64,000 nt of DNA, from sequence record NC_054913.1; one strand, given 5' to 3'. The DNA is from Escherichia phage F2. The position numbers and the translations under genes are program-made. Shown piece after piece: positions 8,251 to 17,921 of this stretch; the first letter of the stretch is position 1; each line of letters begins with the position of its first letter. A model generated the notes under the pieces. It saw only the letters and a list, made by a program, of their open reading frames with translations, was not told the origin of the DNA and searched no databases.

Positions 8251-9246
8251 ATGAGCATTACATCTGATGCGGTAAAACATGAAATTAACGGTTTATGTGC
8301 TTCACAGATTAAAGTGTGGTTTAAAGACCATAATGATCGCAGAGCACTTAATTATGAGCAAATTGCTATCCAAGTTCATCAATTACTGACTAGTAAATTT
8401 GATTTTCATATGCCGTCTGAAATCTATACTAACCTACCACGAGCGCTTATTAAAGCGTGTAAAGGTTACGGAAAATCAATGGCCGATGGAATCTTCAGCG
8501 CGCTGAATAAACTTAACGTTCTGTCGATGATTAACTCTAACAACATCCTGCGTAATCTAGGACGTACTGATTTGTTCGGCCGTGAACAGTGTAAAATGCC
8601 TTTGAAATGGATTGTTGCTCATCTTAACGAGAATCAAACACGTTTTATGGCCGTATCAGCACGCTTACAAATGGGCCTAGATCGTCAGATGAACTTTAAA
8701 ACTCATCCACGTTATTCAGGTTCAACAGACTTTTATAAATGTGAGCTTCAAAAGGTCGCAGGTAAAACTGTCTTAGTAGTTCGTGTAACGTTTGAAGGAC
8801 GACGTCAAGGATATTTTGACGTAATCGGCTCTGGACTTAAACATTGTGGATTTATCGACGAAGTTGATATCAAGCGAGACAGCATTGGATACCGTATTGG
8901 ATATGTTTGTACTCTTAAAGAAGAGATTTCAGGACCAGCACCAGGACTAAAAGACGTTAGATATAAAGACGAGCTCGTTGAAGAAATAAAAGAAGTTGAA
9001 TATGATATCAACCAAGAAGATGCTCTTAAAGACCTTATTGATGAACTAAACCAAGACGTTATTCCAGTTCAGAAATTTGAATCAAAACATGCTGAGCAAA
9101 TCAAATACTTTGAAGCTTTGATTAACGAACTTAATGTAACTATTCAACAGACTGACGATGAAATCTCACGATTAGCAGGCTTAAACGGTAAAAATAAAAC
9201 AGAACGAGCTAATCTTATTCAGGTAGTAAAACTTCTTAAGGAATGA
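8251..9246 (+). CDS. hypothetical protein with C-terminal coiled coil
   Basis: 331-aa ORF, GAGGAA RBS. Confidence 0.55.
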   Translation: MSITSDAVKHEINGLCASQIKVWFKDHNDRRALNYEQIAIQVHQLLTSKFDFHMPSEIYTNLPRALIKACKGYGKSMADGIFSALNKLNVLSMINSNNILRNLGRTDLFGREQCKMPLKWIVAHLNENQTRFMAVSARLQMGLDRQMNFKTHPRYSGSTDFYKCELQKVAGKTVLVVRVTFEGRRQGYFDVIGSGLKHCGFIDEVDIKRDSIGYRIGYVCTLKEEISGPAPGLKDVRYKDELVEEIKEVEYDINQEDALKDLIDELNQDVIPVQKFESKHAEQIKYFEALINELNVTIQQTDDEISRLAGLNGKNKTERANLIQVVKLLKE

Positions 9247-9275
9247 TGTACAACCAAGGATGGTTGGAGTATAAT
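9247..9275 (+). promoter_or_regulatory. T4-type early promoter (repeated cassette)
   Basis: -35-like atgtac, TATAAT 9270-9275; near-identical copy at 53471-53512. Confidence 0.5.
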
Positions 9276-9303
9276 CTTTCTATCTTAACGAGAGGAAAAT
9301 ATT

Positions 9304-10254
9304 ATGACACGTTCACATTATGTTGATTATTTTGCAGGTCTTATCGCTAACGTTCATGCCCAACGTGCTTCTGGTTCATTAGGATTTGATGTTCCACACC
9401 GAGTTGTAGTAAGTGGTATTCTTCGCGATTTTGGTACATACACAGGCCAAGAAAATCATATCTGTAAAGATACTCAGAATGCGTATTCTCATTCATTAGG
9501 GACACTGCTTCAATGGTTCAAACGTTCTCGTTTATTATCTTCTACTGTAGCTCGCGATAACATTAAAAACTTTATGAAGCCGAGCTTTATTAAATCTGTG
9601 ACATCTAAAACTGATTTAGTTGAATTTACTATTATTAACGATGTTAAAAAGACTCATTTGGCTGATTGGTTATCTACCATTCCTGAAACTAAATTTGCTG
9701 ATAAATTTGCTTGTGAATTCAATAACCAAGTGAATATGCTTTTTAAACATTCTCGTAAATTATTCACGGGCGGTGACGCCCGTACAAATAAAGTTCATGT
9801 TAAAGATTGGGTTACTGCAGTATTCAAACCAACTGGTAATGGTAACGCATCATTATCAATTGATATCCAGGTTCCTTATTACTACTCACGTAATCTCGGT
9901 ACCATGAAAGCCGAAGAAATTAAGAAGCACAATAAAACCGTTCGTTCGCTGTCTTATAAACTTCGTATGATGTTACAGACTATGGATGTTGTTGAAATGT
10001 TCAGCGAAACCGAAGATAATGGTTCAATGTTATACAGTTCTCGCATTCAAATTAAGTTGAAGAACCCTAACGAGTATAAGCCTAAGCCTATTAAAGAGCC
10101 TAAAGCAGAAAAAGTTGATAACTTAAGAGAAGAACGCGAATATCTCAAATCTCGTCTGAAAGAAGTCGAAGCCCAGATTGCAGAACAAACTAAATCGTTA
10201 AAAGCTCTGAATGCGAAAGCGGATGGTTTACGAAATGCCATTGAGGTGTTATAA
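9304..10254 (+). CDS. hypothetical protein with C-terminal coiled coil
   Basis: 316-aa ORF, GAGAGGA RBS. Confidence 0.55.
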   Translation: MTRSHYVDYFAGLIANVHAQRASGSLGFDVPHRVVVSGILRDFGTYTGQENHICKDTQNAYSHSLGTLLQWFKRSRLLSSTVARDNIKNFMKPSFIKSVTSKTDLVEFTIINDVKKTHLADWLSTIPETKFADKFACEFNNQVNMLFKHSRKLFTGGDARTNKVHVKDWVTAVFKPTGNGNASLSIDIQVPYYYSRNLGTMKAEEIKKHNKTVRSLSYKLRMMLQTMDVVEMFSETEDNGSMLYSSRIQIKLKNPNEYKPKPIKEPKAEKVDNLREEREYLKSRLKEVEAQIAEQTKSLKALNAKADGLRNAIEVL

Positions 10255-10559
10255 TGAAACTACGTCTTTTAGAGGATATTGATATGAGCACTAATCATGG
10301 CTTGGTTAAGTTTATTGACGATAGTTCAAAGATTGAATTTGTTCAGCGAGATAAAATCCACGGTGAAGAAGAGTTCGTTCCTCCGGCATGGAACGAAATA
10401 ATGAAAATGGTTGAACGACGTGAAAATGCTGCCAAATCGGCAGCAAAACATCCATGCCCGGAATGTGGAACTATCCAAGTCCAACTGGTTAACTGGACCA
10501 GTGATAACTTGAAATTGAAATGCCGTAAATGCTTCCACAAATTTGAGAGAACATTATAA
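10254..10559 (+). CDS. hypothetical zinc-ribbon protein
   Basis: CPECG...CRKC motif pair. Confidence 0.5.
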   Translation: MKLRLLEDIDMSTNHGLVKFIDDSSKIEFVQRDKIHGEEEFVPPAWNEIMKMVERRENAAKSAAKHPCPECGTIQVQLVNWTSDNLKLKCRKCFHKFERTL

Positions 10560-10972
10560 TGAGATATAGCCTTCGTTGTTTTATCGCAGCTTTAGTTTTT
10601 GCTATTATTCCATTCATTTGGAACAGCCAGAATACTTACATGGAAACTAAAGTAATTCCTGTGGAGGTAGTGGAATTAATCTCAGGCCAATCTACAGGAA
10701 AATATTCTAATTTAGAATTTATTGCAGTTTATAAAGATGAACAAGGCCGTGTTTTTGACAGGCATGTATCACCGTCGTTTTATACGCTTCTGAATAAAGG
10801 TGATACGATAGCTATAGAAATTCGTGAGATGGATATCAAACAAACTACTAAAGATAACTTGATTTGGTTCTTTGGTACAGTGTTGTTGGTTTCTATCTGT
10901 ATCACAGGTTTTATTACATGTATTGTATTTGGCGTTGCATATTTAATCGATGAAAGGAAAAATAATGTTTAA
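10559..10972 (+). CDS. hypothetical membrane protein
   Basis: N- and C-terminal hydrophobic segments. Confidence 0.5.
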   Translation: MRYSLRCFIAALVFAIIPFIWNSQNTYMETKVIPVEVVELISGQSTGKYSNLEFIAVYKDEQGRVFDRHVSPSFYTLLNKGDTIAIEIREMDIKQTTKDNLIWFFGTVLLVSICITGFITCIVFGVAYLIDERKNNV

Positions 10973-11228
10973 AGTGTACGGGTATGACTCTACTATTCAT
11001 AAATGCATTTATTGTGATAATGCGAAACGATTGCTGACTGTTAAGAAACAGCCATTCGAATTCATTAATGTTATGCCAGAAAAAGGTGTGTTCGATGATG
11101 AGAAAATTGCTGAGCTTCTGGTTAAGCTTGGACGTGAATCACAAGTCGGATTGACTATGCCTCAAGTGTTTGCTCCTGATGGAACTTCGATCGGTGGCTT
11201 TGACCAACTACGAGAATATTTTAAATGA
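10965..11228 (+). CDS. nrdC: thioredoxin/glutaredoxin NrdC
   Basis: MFKVYGYDSTIHKCIYCDNAK closely matches T4 NrdC; CxxC active site. Confidence 0.9.
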   Translation: MFKVYGYDSTIHKCIYCDNAKRLLTVKKQPFEFINVMPEKGVFDDEKIAELLVKLGRESQVGLTMPQVFAPDGTSIGGFDQLREYFK

Positions 11229-11581
11229 CATATTCATTAAATCTTAAAGATTTCCAAGATGTATACGAAGTTTGTGCCAATGAACTTGGTCCTGATGCTC
11301 CAACTATTATTGAAGTTTTAAATGTGCTCCCTTCATCATTAACTTACGAAGCCAAATCATGGGGTTGGAACGACACTGTCGTTCGTGATGACCTTTACGT
11401 CCTGATGAATGACATGATGATTAAAAAGGCAGAACCGGTTGCACCAATGGTTACCATTACCGTTGAAGAATATAATCGCCTGCAAGCCATTGAAGAGCTT
11501 CTGTGGAACATTGAATGTGACCTGCCGTCAGGGCTAGAATCCTGGATTGATTATGAAGAGCTCAATAAACTCCGGGGTTAA
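11225..11581 (+). CDS. hypothetical protein
   Basis: ORF overlapping nrdC stop. Confidence 0.5.
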   Translation: MTYSLNLKDFQDVYEVCANELGPDAPTIIEVLNVLPSSLTYEAKSWGWNDTVVRDDLYVLMNDMMIKKAEPVAPMVTITVEEYNRLQAIEELLWNIECDLPSGLESWIDYEELNKLRG

Positions 11582-11709
11582 GCCATGGTATTCTGCTCGT
11601 TGGGAGACTGTCGAGCCAGACGTTGAAACAGTTTATAACGACGAAGAAACGTGTTATGATGAACCTACAGTAAACGATATGATTGATTTGGAAATGGGAA
11701 GAGATTATT

Positions 11710-11880
11710 ATGCAAGTTAAATTATTGTACCGTTTATTAAAAAATGGCAAGCATGATTGGTATTTGCTTATTAAAACAGATCCGAATTTTTTCTCTGGAC
11801 AACCATTTACAGTTCGTCCTACTAAACGTCAGCTTCGCAAAGCTAAACGTTCTCATCGTAACTTTTATAGAGAATATTGA
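11710..11880 (+). CDS. small basic hypothetical protein
   Basis: ATG 11710 in ORF track 11683..11880; C-terminal VRPTKRQLRK tail shared with 43143..43355. Confidence 0.4.
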   Translation: MQVKLLYRLLKNGKHDWYLLIKTDPNFFSGQPFTVRPTKRQLRKAKRSHRNFYREY

Positions 11881-11881
11881 T

Positions 11882-12307
11882 ATGAATATTTCTGAAACTC
11901 GCGGTAAATGGTTCAAGATTGTTAAAGAAGATGAAGAACTACAAGTCAAGTTTCCTGAATTAAAGAAAGGAACAATCATCAAGGTAATTGGTACTACTAC
12001 CGAAGATGGTTATGGTGCCCATGGCATTATCGAAGTGATGTTGAACACAGGTGAGAAACTTTGCATCTATGACCGTGATACTTCTCTTTGGTGCTTCTGG
12101 GAATCACATTCAATAGATGAACTCGAAGAAATTGATTCGGCTGATATTGCGGATGTGCTAGGTAGTAAACTTGGCGAATTCGAAGGTGAACGAATTTCTT
12201 ATGCATTAGCTAAATTAGCCGGACAAGAAAATAACGACGGCTATGAAGGTAACCTGATGCAAGCAGCCGCAGAATACATTGAATATTTAGAAAGACGTTT
12301 AAGTTAA
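11882..12307 (+). CDS. hypothetical protein
   Basis: ATG 11882 right after upstream stop; ORF track 11744..12307. Confidence 0.5.
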   Translation: MNISETRGKWFKIVKEDEELQVKFPELKKGTIIKVIGTTTEDGYGAHGIIEVMLNTGEKLCIYDRDTSLWCFWESHSIDELEEIDSADIADVLGSKLGEFEGERISYALAKLAGQENNDGYEGNLMQAAAEYIEYLERRLS

Positions 12308-12342
12308 TAAATACCCTTATCTATTTAAGGTAAGGGTTTATC

Positions 12343-12816
12343 ATGTTATTATCAGGCGCAAAATATAAAGAAGAAAAACAAAAATTTTATGATGCACAGA
12401 ACGGTAAGTGTCCTATTTGCCACCGTGAATTAGACCCTGATGTTCAAGGTAACCATCTTGACCACGACCACGAATTAAACGGGCCAAAAGCAGGTAGAGT
12501 TCGTGGGTTACTCTGTAATCTGTGCAACGCAGCAGAAGGCCAAATGAAGCATAAGTTCAACCGTTCTGGTCTTAAAGGCCGTGATGTCGACTACCTAGAA
12601 TGGCTTGAAGCTCTTCTCGCTTATTTGAAACAAGATTATTCTGATAATAATATCCATCCTAATTTTGTTCCAGACAAAACTAAAGAGTTCTCAAGACTAG
12701 GTAAAGAGGAAATGATGACCGAGATGCTTCAAAGAGGATTTGAATATAATGAATCAGATACTAAAACACAATTAATAGCTTCATTCAAAAAGCAGCTTAG
12801 AAAGAGTTTAAAATGA
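12343..12816 (+). CDS. 49: recombination endonuclease VII (Holliday junction resolvase)
   Basis: 157 aa, near-identical to remembered T4 gp49 (CPICHRELD...HLDHDHELNGPKAG). Confidence 0.95.
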   Translation: MLLSGAKYKEEKQKFYDAQNGKCPICHRELDPDVQGNHLDHDHELNGPKAGRVRGLLCNLCNAAEGQMKHKFNRSGLKGRDVDYLEWLEALLAYLKQDYSDNNIHPNFVPDKTKEFSRLGKEEMMTEMLQRGFEYNESDTKTQLIASFKKQLRKSLK

Positions 12817-13350
12817 AAATTGAAAAAGAAATTGAAGGATTAATTCATAAAACTAATAAAGATCTTTTGAACGAGAATGCTAATAAAGATTCTCGTGTTT
12901 TTCCAACTCAACGGGACCTTATGGCTGGTATTGTGTCTAAGCACATTGCCAAAAATATGGTCCCGTCTTTTATTATGAAAGCACACGAAAGTGGAATTAT
13001 CCACATGCATGATATTGATTATTCTCCTGCTCTTCCATTTACTAATTGCTGTTTAGTCGATTTAAAGGGGATGCTTGAGAATGGATTTAAATTAGGCAAT
13101 GCTCAAATTGAAACGCCTAAATCGATTGGTGTTGCTACTGCAATTATGGCACAAATTACTGCGCAGGTTGCTTCCCATCAATACGGTGGAACTACATTTG
13201 CGAATGTAGATAAAGTCCTTTCTCCTTATGTTAAACGCACCTACGCAAAACATATTGAAGATGCAGAAAAATGGCAAATCGCTGATGCGCTGAATTATGC
13301 CCAATCTAAAACAGAAAAAGACGTATATGATGCATTCCAGGCGTATGAGT
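12813..13350 (+). CDS. nrdD: anaerobic ribonucleoside-triphosphate reductase NrdD, exon 1
   Basis: Matches T4 NrdD N-terminal part; frame enters intron and terminates at 13358. Confidence 0.85.
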
Positions 13351-13561
13351 TAATTTAATTCAGGCTCATGTAAAACCGGTCTAAACGGGGAACCTCTCTA
13401 GTAGACAATCCCGTGCTAAATGTTCTTTTGAACTAAATGCCTAACGACTAACCGTGATGAATGTAGCGGTGTAGAATAGAAGCTAATGCTATTCGAAACG
13501 GCCGGCATCGAAAGATGAAGATATAGTCTAATCTGCATGGCGACATGCAGCAGTCATCTTG

Positions 13562-13569
13562 TATAAATA
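13562..13569 (+). promoter_or_regulatory. T4-type late promoter TATAAATA inside intron
   Basis: Exact TATAAATA about 30 nt upstream of intron ORF. Confidence 0.45.
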
Positions 13570-13598
13570 AGATTATCTTATGAATACGAGGTGAAACA

Positions 13599-14369
13599 AT
13601 GAAATGGATAAAAAGACGTTGTACTAAAATAAAAGATAAAGACGCATTTACATACTTAGTTAAGTTTTCTAATGGTGACATTTATATCGGTTATAAAAAA
13701 TTTAGAACAATTAAAAACAAGCCCACAAACTGGAAAACTTACACAACGTCATCTAAGTATATAAATGAACGCTTAAAAACTGATACACCTACTAAATGGA
13801 TAATTTTAAAAACATTTGATAGTTATAAAGATGCATTAAAACACGAAGAAGAGGTCATACGTAAATATTTTTATAGCAAAAAATGTTTAAATAAATCCAT
13901 AGGCGGTAAAAAGTTTTATAAGCATCCGGATACTGAAGAACATATTCAAAAATTAAGAGATGCTCATAAGGGTAAAGTGTTATCCGAATCTCATAAAAAC
14001 AATATAAAATCTTCTGTAGCTGAATATTATGCTAAAAACGGAAGATCTAAGGAACATGTGCAAAATAATATCAATAGTCGAAAAAGTAAAAAACAAGTAT
14101 CGATAAAGCTTAAAAATAAAACTTTTAGAAGTTTTAAAAAAGCAGCGGAATATTTAAATTGCACTGAAAGTGAAGTCGAAACTCATCCTCTTGTTTTGAG
14201 TATTAAGACTACTATTCATAAAGTTCCTGAATATGTGGTTGTTGACGGTATTAAGTATACGTCTTATATAGAAGCAGCTAAAGCGCTAAATTTTCATCCT
14301 AGCACTATAAAAGAACGTTGCATATCTATGGACTATCCAAATTTTGTTGTTTCATATAAACGGGCATGA
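13599..14369 (+). CDS. GIY-YIG homing endonuclease (I-TevII-like, intron-encoded)
   Basis: GIY-YIG-like motif DIYIGY near N-terminus; Lys-rich DNA-binding C-terminal half; located within nrdD intron as I-TevII is in T4. Confidence 0.75.
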   Translation: MKWIKRRCTKIKDKDAFTYLVKFSNGDIYIGYKKFRTIKNKPTNWKTYTTSSKYINERLKTDTPTKWIILKTFDSYKDALKHEEEVIRKYFYSKKCLNKSIGGKKFYKHPDTEEHIQKLRDAHKGKVLSESHKNNIKSSVAEYYAKNGRSKEHVQNNINSRKSKKQVSIKLKNKTFRSFKKAAEYLNCTESEVETHPLVLSIKTTIHKVPEYVVVDGIKYTSYIEAAKALNFHPSTIKERCISMDYPNFVVSYKRA

Positions 14370-14383
14370 ATTTGCGACTCATG

Positions 14384-15675
14384 CTGAATATAATGATGAA
14401 GTAAATACACTTTTCAGCTCTAATGGACAGACGCCTTTTGTAACAATTACATTTGGTACTGGAACTGACTGGACTGAACGAATGATTCAGAAGGCAATTC
14501 TTAAAAACCGCATTAAAGGTCTTGGTCGCGACGGAATAACTCCTATTTTCCCTAAACTTGTTATGTTCGTTGAAGAAGGTGTTAATCTTTATAAAGACGA
14601 TCCGAATTATGATATTAAGCAGCTTGCTCTAGAGTGTGCAAGCAAAAGAATGTATCCTGATATTATTTCAGTTAAGAATAATAAAGCTATCACTGGTTCA
14701 TCTGTTCCTGTTTCTCCAATGGGCTGTCGTAGTTTCTTGAGCGTATGGAAAGATTCGACTGGTAATGAAATTCTTGATGGACGTAATAATCTTGGTGTTG
14801 TAACACTGAATCTTCCTCGTATTGCGTTAGATTCTTATATTGGAACACAGTTCAATGAACAGAAATTTGTTGAATTATTCAATGAACGAATGGATTTATG
14901 TTTTGAAGCATTGATGTGCAGAATTAGTTCCTTAAAAGGAGTTAAAGCTACTGTTGCTCCTATTCTTTACCAAGAAGGTGCATTCGGGGTTCGTCTTAAA
15001 CCTGATGACGATATAATTGAGTTATTTAAAAACGGCAGAAGTTCAGTGTCCCTAGGATACATTGGTATTCACGAATTGAATATTCTTGTCGGACGTGATA
15101 TTGGACAGGAAATTTTAACTAAAATGAATGCTCGTCTTAAGCAGTGGACTGAAAGAACCGGTTTTGCTTTTAGCCTGTATTCTACTCCTGCTGAAAACCT
15201 GTGCTATCGCTTCTGTAAACTTGATACTGAGAAATATGGAAGTGTAAAAGATGTTACTGATAAAGGCTGGTACACTAATAGTTTCCATGTTTCAGTAGAA
15301 GAAAATATCACTCCGTTTGAAAAGATTTCTCGCGAAGCCACATATCATTTCATTGCGACTGGCGGACATATTTCTTATGTTGAACTTCCTGATATGAAAA
15401 ATAACCTAAAAGGTCTTGAGGCTGTATGGGATTATGCTGCACAACATTTAGATTATTTTGGTGTTAATATGCCAGTAGATAAATGTTTTACATGCGGAAG
15501 TACTCATGAAATGACTCCTACTGAAAACGGATTTGTTTGTTCTATTTGTGGAGAAACTGATCCTAAAAAGATGAACACAATAAGAAGAACATGCGGATAT
15601 CTTGGAACTCCTAGCGTTGTTCCATGGAATTTAGGTAAAATGAAAGAAATGGTAAAACGAGTAAAACATGCATAG
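14384..15675 (+). CDS. nrdD: anaerobic ribonucleoside-triphosphate reductase NrdD, exon 2
   Basis: Glycyl-radical C-terminal region with C-terminal Zn ribbon CFTCG...CSICG. Confidence 0.85.
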
Positions 15676-16498
15676 GTATTATATAATTTATAAAATAACA
15701 AATATAATTAATTCAAAGGAATATATCGGTGCGCATAGCACCGATAACATAAATGACGGTTATATGGGGTCAGGAACATTGATTCGTGCCGCTTTATTAA
15801 AATATGGTAGAAAAAATTTTAATAAAGAAATTTTACATGTTTTTGATAATGAAAAACAAATGTATGATAAAGAAGCTGAACTTGTAACCGAAGAGTATTG
15901 TCTAAAAGAAAATACATATAATATTAAACCTGGTGGAAAAGGTGGAACTGCCTATGAACAGACACTTGAACATCGCCGCAAAAATAGTTTAGCAAATAAA
16001 GGTAAAAAGAGAACAGAAGAAACTAAAATAGCTATTTCACGTGCTTTAAAGAAATATAAACGTACGCCAGAGCATCAAGCAAATTTAAATAAAGCCGTAA
16101 GCATAGCTATGAAGCGAAAAGATGTTAGAAGTAAATTAGCTGGAGAGCGGTCTGAGAAAGATAAATTATCTATATCAAACGGTGTTAAAAAATATTACAA
16201 TTCTTTGAGTGAAGAAGAACGCGAACTTCATCGCAAGCGAATTATTGAAGGTAAAAAGAATTCTCCCATGTCATTGGAATCTAGACAAAAGCTTTCAAAA
16301 GCTTTAAAAGGACTTCAAGTTGGTTCAAAAAATCCAATGTATGGAAAAATTTCTCCAACTAGCAAAACCGTTTCAGTTGACGGTATTAAATATGATTCAA
16401 TTAAAAAGTGCTCAAATGCCATAAAAGTTTCTAGACATCTTATACTAAAACGCTGTAATTCTACTGATGAAGCTTGGAAAAATTGGATATTATTATGA
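15668..16498 (+). CDS. free-standing GIY-YIG homing endonuclease (Seg-like)
   Basis: N-terminal GIY-YIG motif (YYIIYKITN...EYIGAH); basic C-terminal repeats; inserted between nrdD and nrdG. Confidence 0.75.
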   Translation: MHRYYIIYKITNIINSKEYIGAHSTDNINDGYMGSGTLIRAALLKYGRKNFNKEILHVFDNEKQMYDKEAELVTEEYCLKENTYNIKPGGKGGTAYEQTLEHRRKNSLANKGKKRTEETKIAISRALKKYKRTPEHQANLNKAVSIAMKRKDVRSKLAGERSEKDKLSISNGVKKYYNSLSEEERELHRKRIIEGKKNSPMSLESRQKLSKALKGLQVGSKNPMYGKISPTSKTVSVDGIKYDSIKKCSNAIKVSRHLILKRCNSTDEAWKNWILL

Positions 16499-16965
16499 AT
16501 TATGACAGAATATACCCGTGCTGCTTTGTTAATGGCCCTGGTTGCAGGGTCGTTCTTTTCGTTACGGGTTGTTTGCATAAATGCGAAGGGTGTTATAATA
16601 AATCAACATGGAATGCTAGAAATGGTATTCCATTCACTGGTGAAACACTAGAACAATTGATTGAATGTTTGAATAATGATTATATAGAAGGATTAACTAT
16701 AACCGGAGGAGACCCTCTCTATCCTGATAACCGAGATGTTATTCATCGCATTGCTCAAACAGTAAAAAATCTTTATCCCAATAAAAGCATTTGGTTGTGG
16801 ACAGGATATAAGTTTGAAGATATTAAACAACTAGAAATGCTTAAATATGTTGATGTTATTATTGATGGTAAGTATGAGAAAAATCTTCCGACCAAAAAGT
16901 TGTGGCGAGGATCAGATAATCAGCGACTTTGGTCAAATACCAATGGGGTGTGGAAACATGATTAA
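16495..16965 (+). CDS. nrdG: anaerobic ribonucleotide reductase activating protein (radical SAM)
   Basis: Cys cluster CLHKCEGC, TITGGDPL; position after nrdD. Confidence 0.9.
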   Translation: MNYDRIYPCCFVNGPGCRVVLFVTGCLHKCEGCYNKSTWNARNGIPFTGETLEQLIECLNNDYIEGLTITGGDPLYPDNRDVIHRIAQTVKNLYPNKSIWLWTGYKFEDIKQLEMLKYVDVIIDGKYEKNLPTKKLWRGSDNQRLWSNTNGVWKHD

Positions 16966-17079
16966 ATTGAATTATATTATGGATACTATAAATGATATGA
17001 TTTTTCATTTTGGTCCAGAATTTTATTCACAGTGTAGTTTAGTGCTTATCAATGCTTGGTTAACCAATTAAGGGTAAAT

Positions 17080-17295
17080 ATGTATAAATTTCGTAAAGGT
17101 TTAGCTGATTTTCTTACAACTGTAACGTTCTTTTTGTTTATGGCAGTTGGAGCTATTTTTCTTATTCCTTTTACTGGTGTATTTTTCGTGATTGGTTTAA
17201 TTTCTCCAGAAAAGGGTTTATCCTCCAGCGAATTCAATGAACGTTTGGACAAAATTACTAATAAACTGAATTCTGTTCTTGATAAAAAGGCTTAA
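17080..17295 (+). CDS. small hypothetical membrane protein
   Basis: ATG 17080 within track ORF 17056..17295; hydrophobic core. Confidence 0.45.
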   Translation: MYKFRKGLADFLTTVTFFLFMAVGAIFLIPFTGVFFVIGLISPEKGLSSSEFNERLDKITNKLNSVLDKKA

Positions 17296-17297
17296 TT

Positions 17298-17615
17298 ATG
17301 ATTAGTTTTGAGCGGTATGTAGTAGAGAGTTGGAATGGTTTTGATATGTTCGGTAATGACTATTATTTCTATGAATGTAGTCTGAACCCAAGCTTCTGGG
17401 CTGGACGTGAACAAGACCTCGAAGAAATCAACGCTCGTGCCGATTTGTTAGGTGAACTGCCTACGGTTTATTTTACCTTTGATGAATCCGGCTTCGTTAT
17501 CCAGGTTTATTTTCCTGAAGAAAACTCTGGTGAGGATCCTGTTAATCCTCCTTATTGGGCTTACCAAGGAATTATTTCTCGTGGAACAAAACTCGAACTT
17601 AAAGAACAAGATTGA
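17298..17615 (+). CDS. hypothetical protein
   Basis: 105-aa ORF. Confidence 0.5.
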   Translation: MISFERYVVESWNGFDMFGNDYYFYECSLNPSFWAGREQDLEEINARADLLGELPTVYFTFDESGFVIQVYFPEENSGEDPVNPPYWAYQGIISRGTKLELKEQD

Positions 17616-17904
17616 AATCTATGGCATCCCTGAAGAAGTAGGACGTTGTCCAGGATGTTATACTGTTACAAAACTTTTAAAGGAGCTCAATGCTCCTTAT
17701 ACATTTTATAAAGTCCTCACTAATAATGGTAAGATTGAATACGACCGTCCTTTAATCGTATCTCTTGCTAAACGTGCAGGATTCACTTCACTTAATATTC
17801 GTTATCCTGTCATATTTTTAAATGATAAGAAACAAAAGAATATTGCAGAGTTTAAAAAGTCCTTGATTTCATTAGGATACGACTCTGATATCATAGAAGA
17901 TTGA
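17581..17904 (+). CDS. NrdH-like glutaredoxin/thioredoxin-fold protein (start codon uncertain)
   Basis: IEIYGIPEEVGRCPGC redox motif; no in-frame ATG, candidate starts GTG 17581 or ATT 17611. Confidence 0.55.
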   Translation: MEQNSNLKNKIEIYGIPEEVGRCPGCYTVTKLLKELNAPYTFYKVLTNNGKIEYDRPLIVSLAKRAGFTSLNIRYPVIFLNDKKQKNIAEFKKSLISLGYDSDIIED

Positions 17905-17921
17905 CCAGGTGCCGCCTGGTC
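17903..17921 (+). terminator. terminator-like hairpin
   Basis: gaccaggtgccgcctggtc followed by T-rich tract. Confidence 0.45.

Larger units (their letters stand above)
13351..14383 (+). mobile_element. group I self-splicing intron in nrdD carrying a homing endonuclease ORF
   Basis: Conserved intron core ctaaacggggaacctctctagtagacaatcccgtgctaaat; proposed 1033-nt intron restores nrdD frame (exon1 ends T 13350, intron ends G 14383); boundaries inferred. Confidence 0.75.

Noticed and set aside
17452-17580. GTG-initiated upstream extension of the NrdH-like ORF
   Set aside because: Would overlap most of the 17298..17615 gene in another frame; the thioredoxin fold begins only at about 17611
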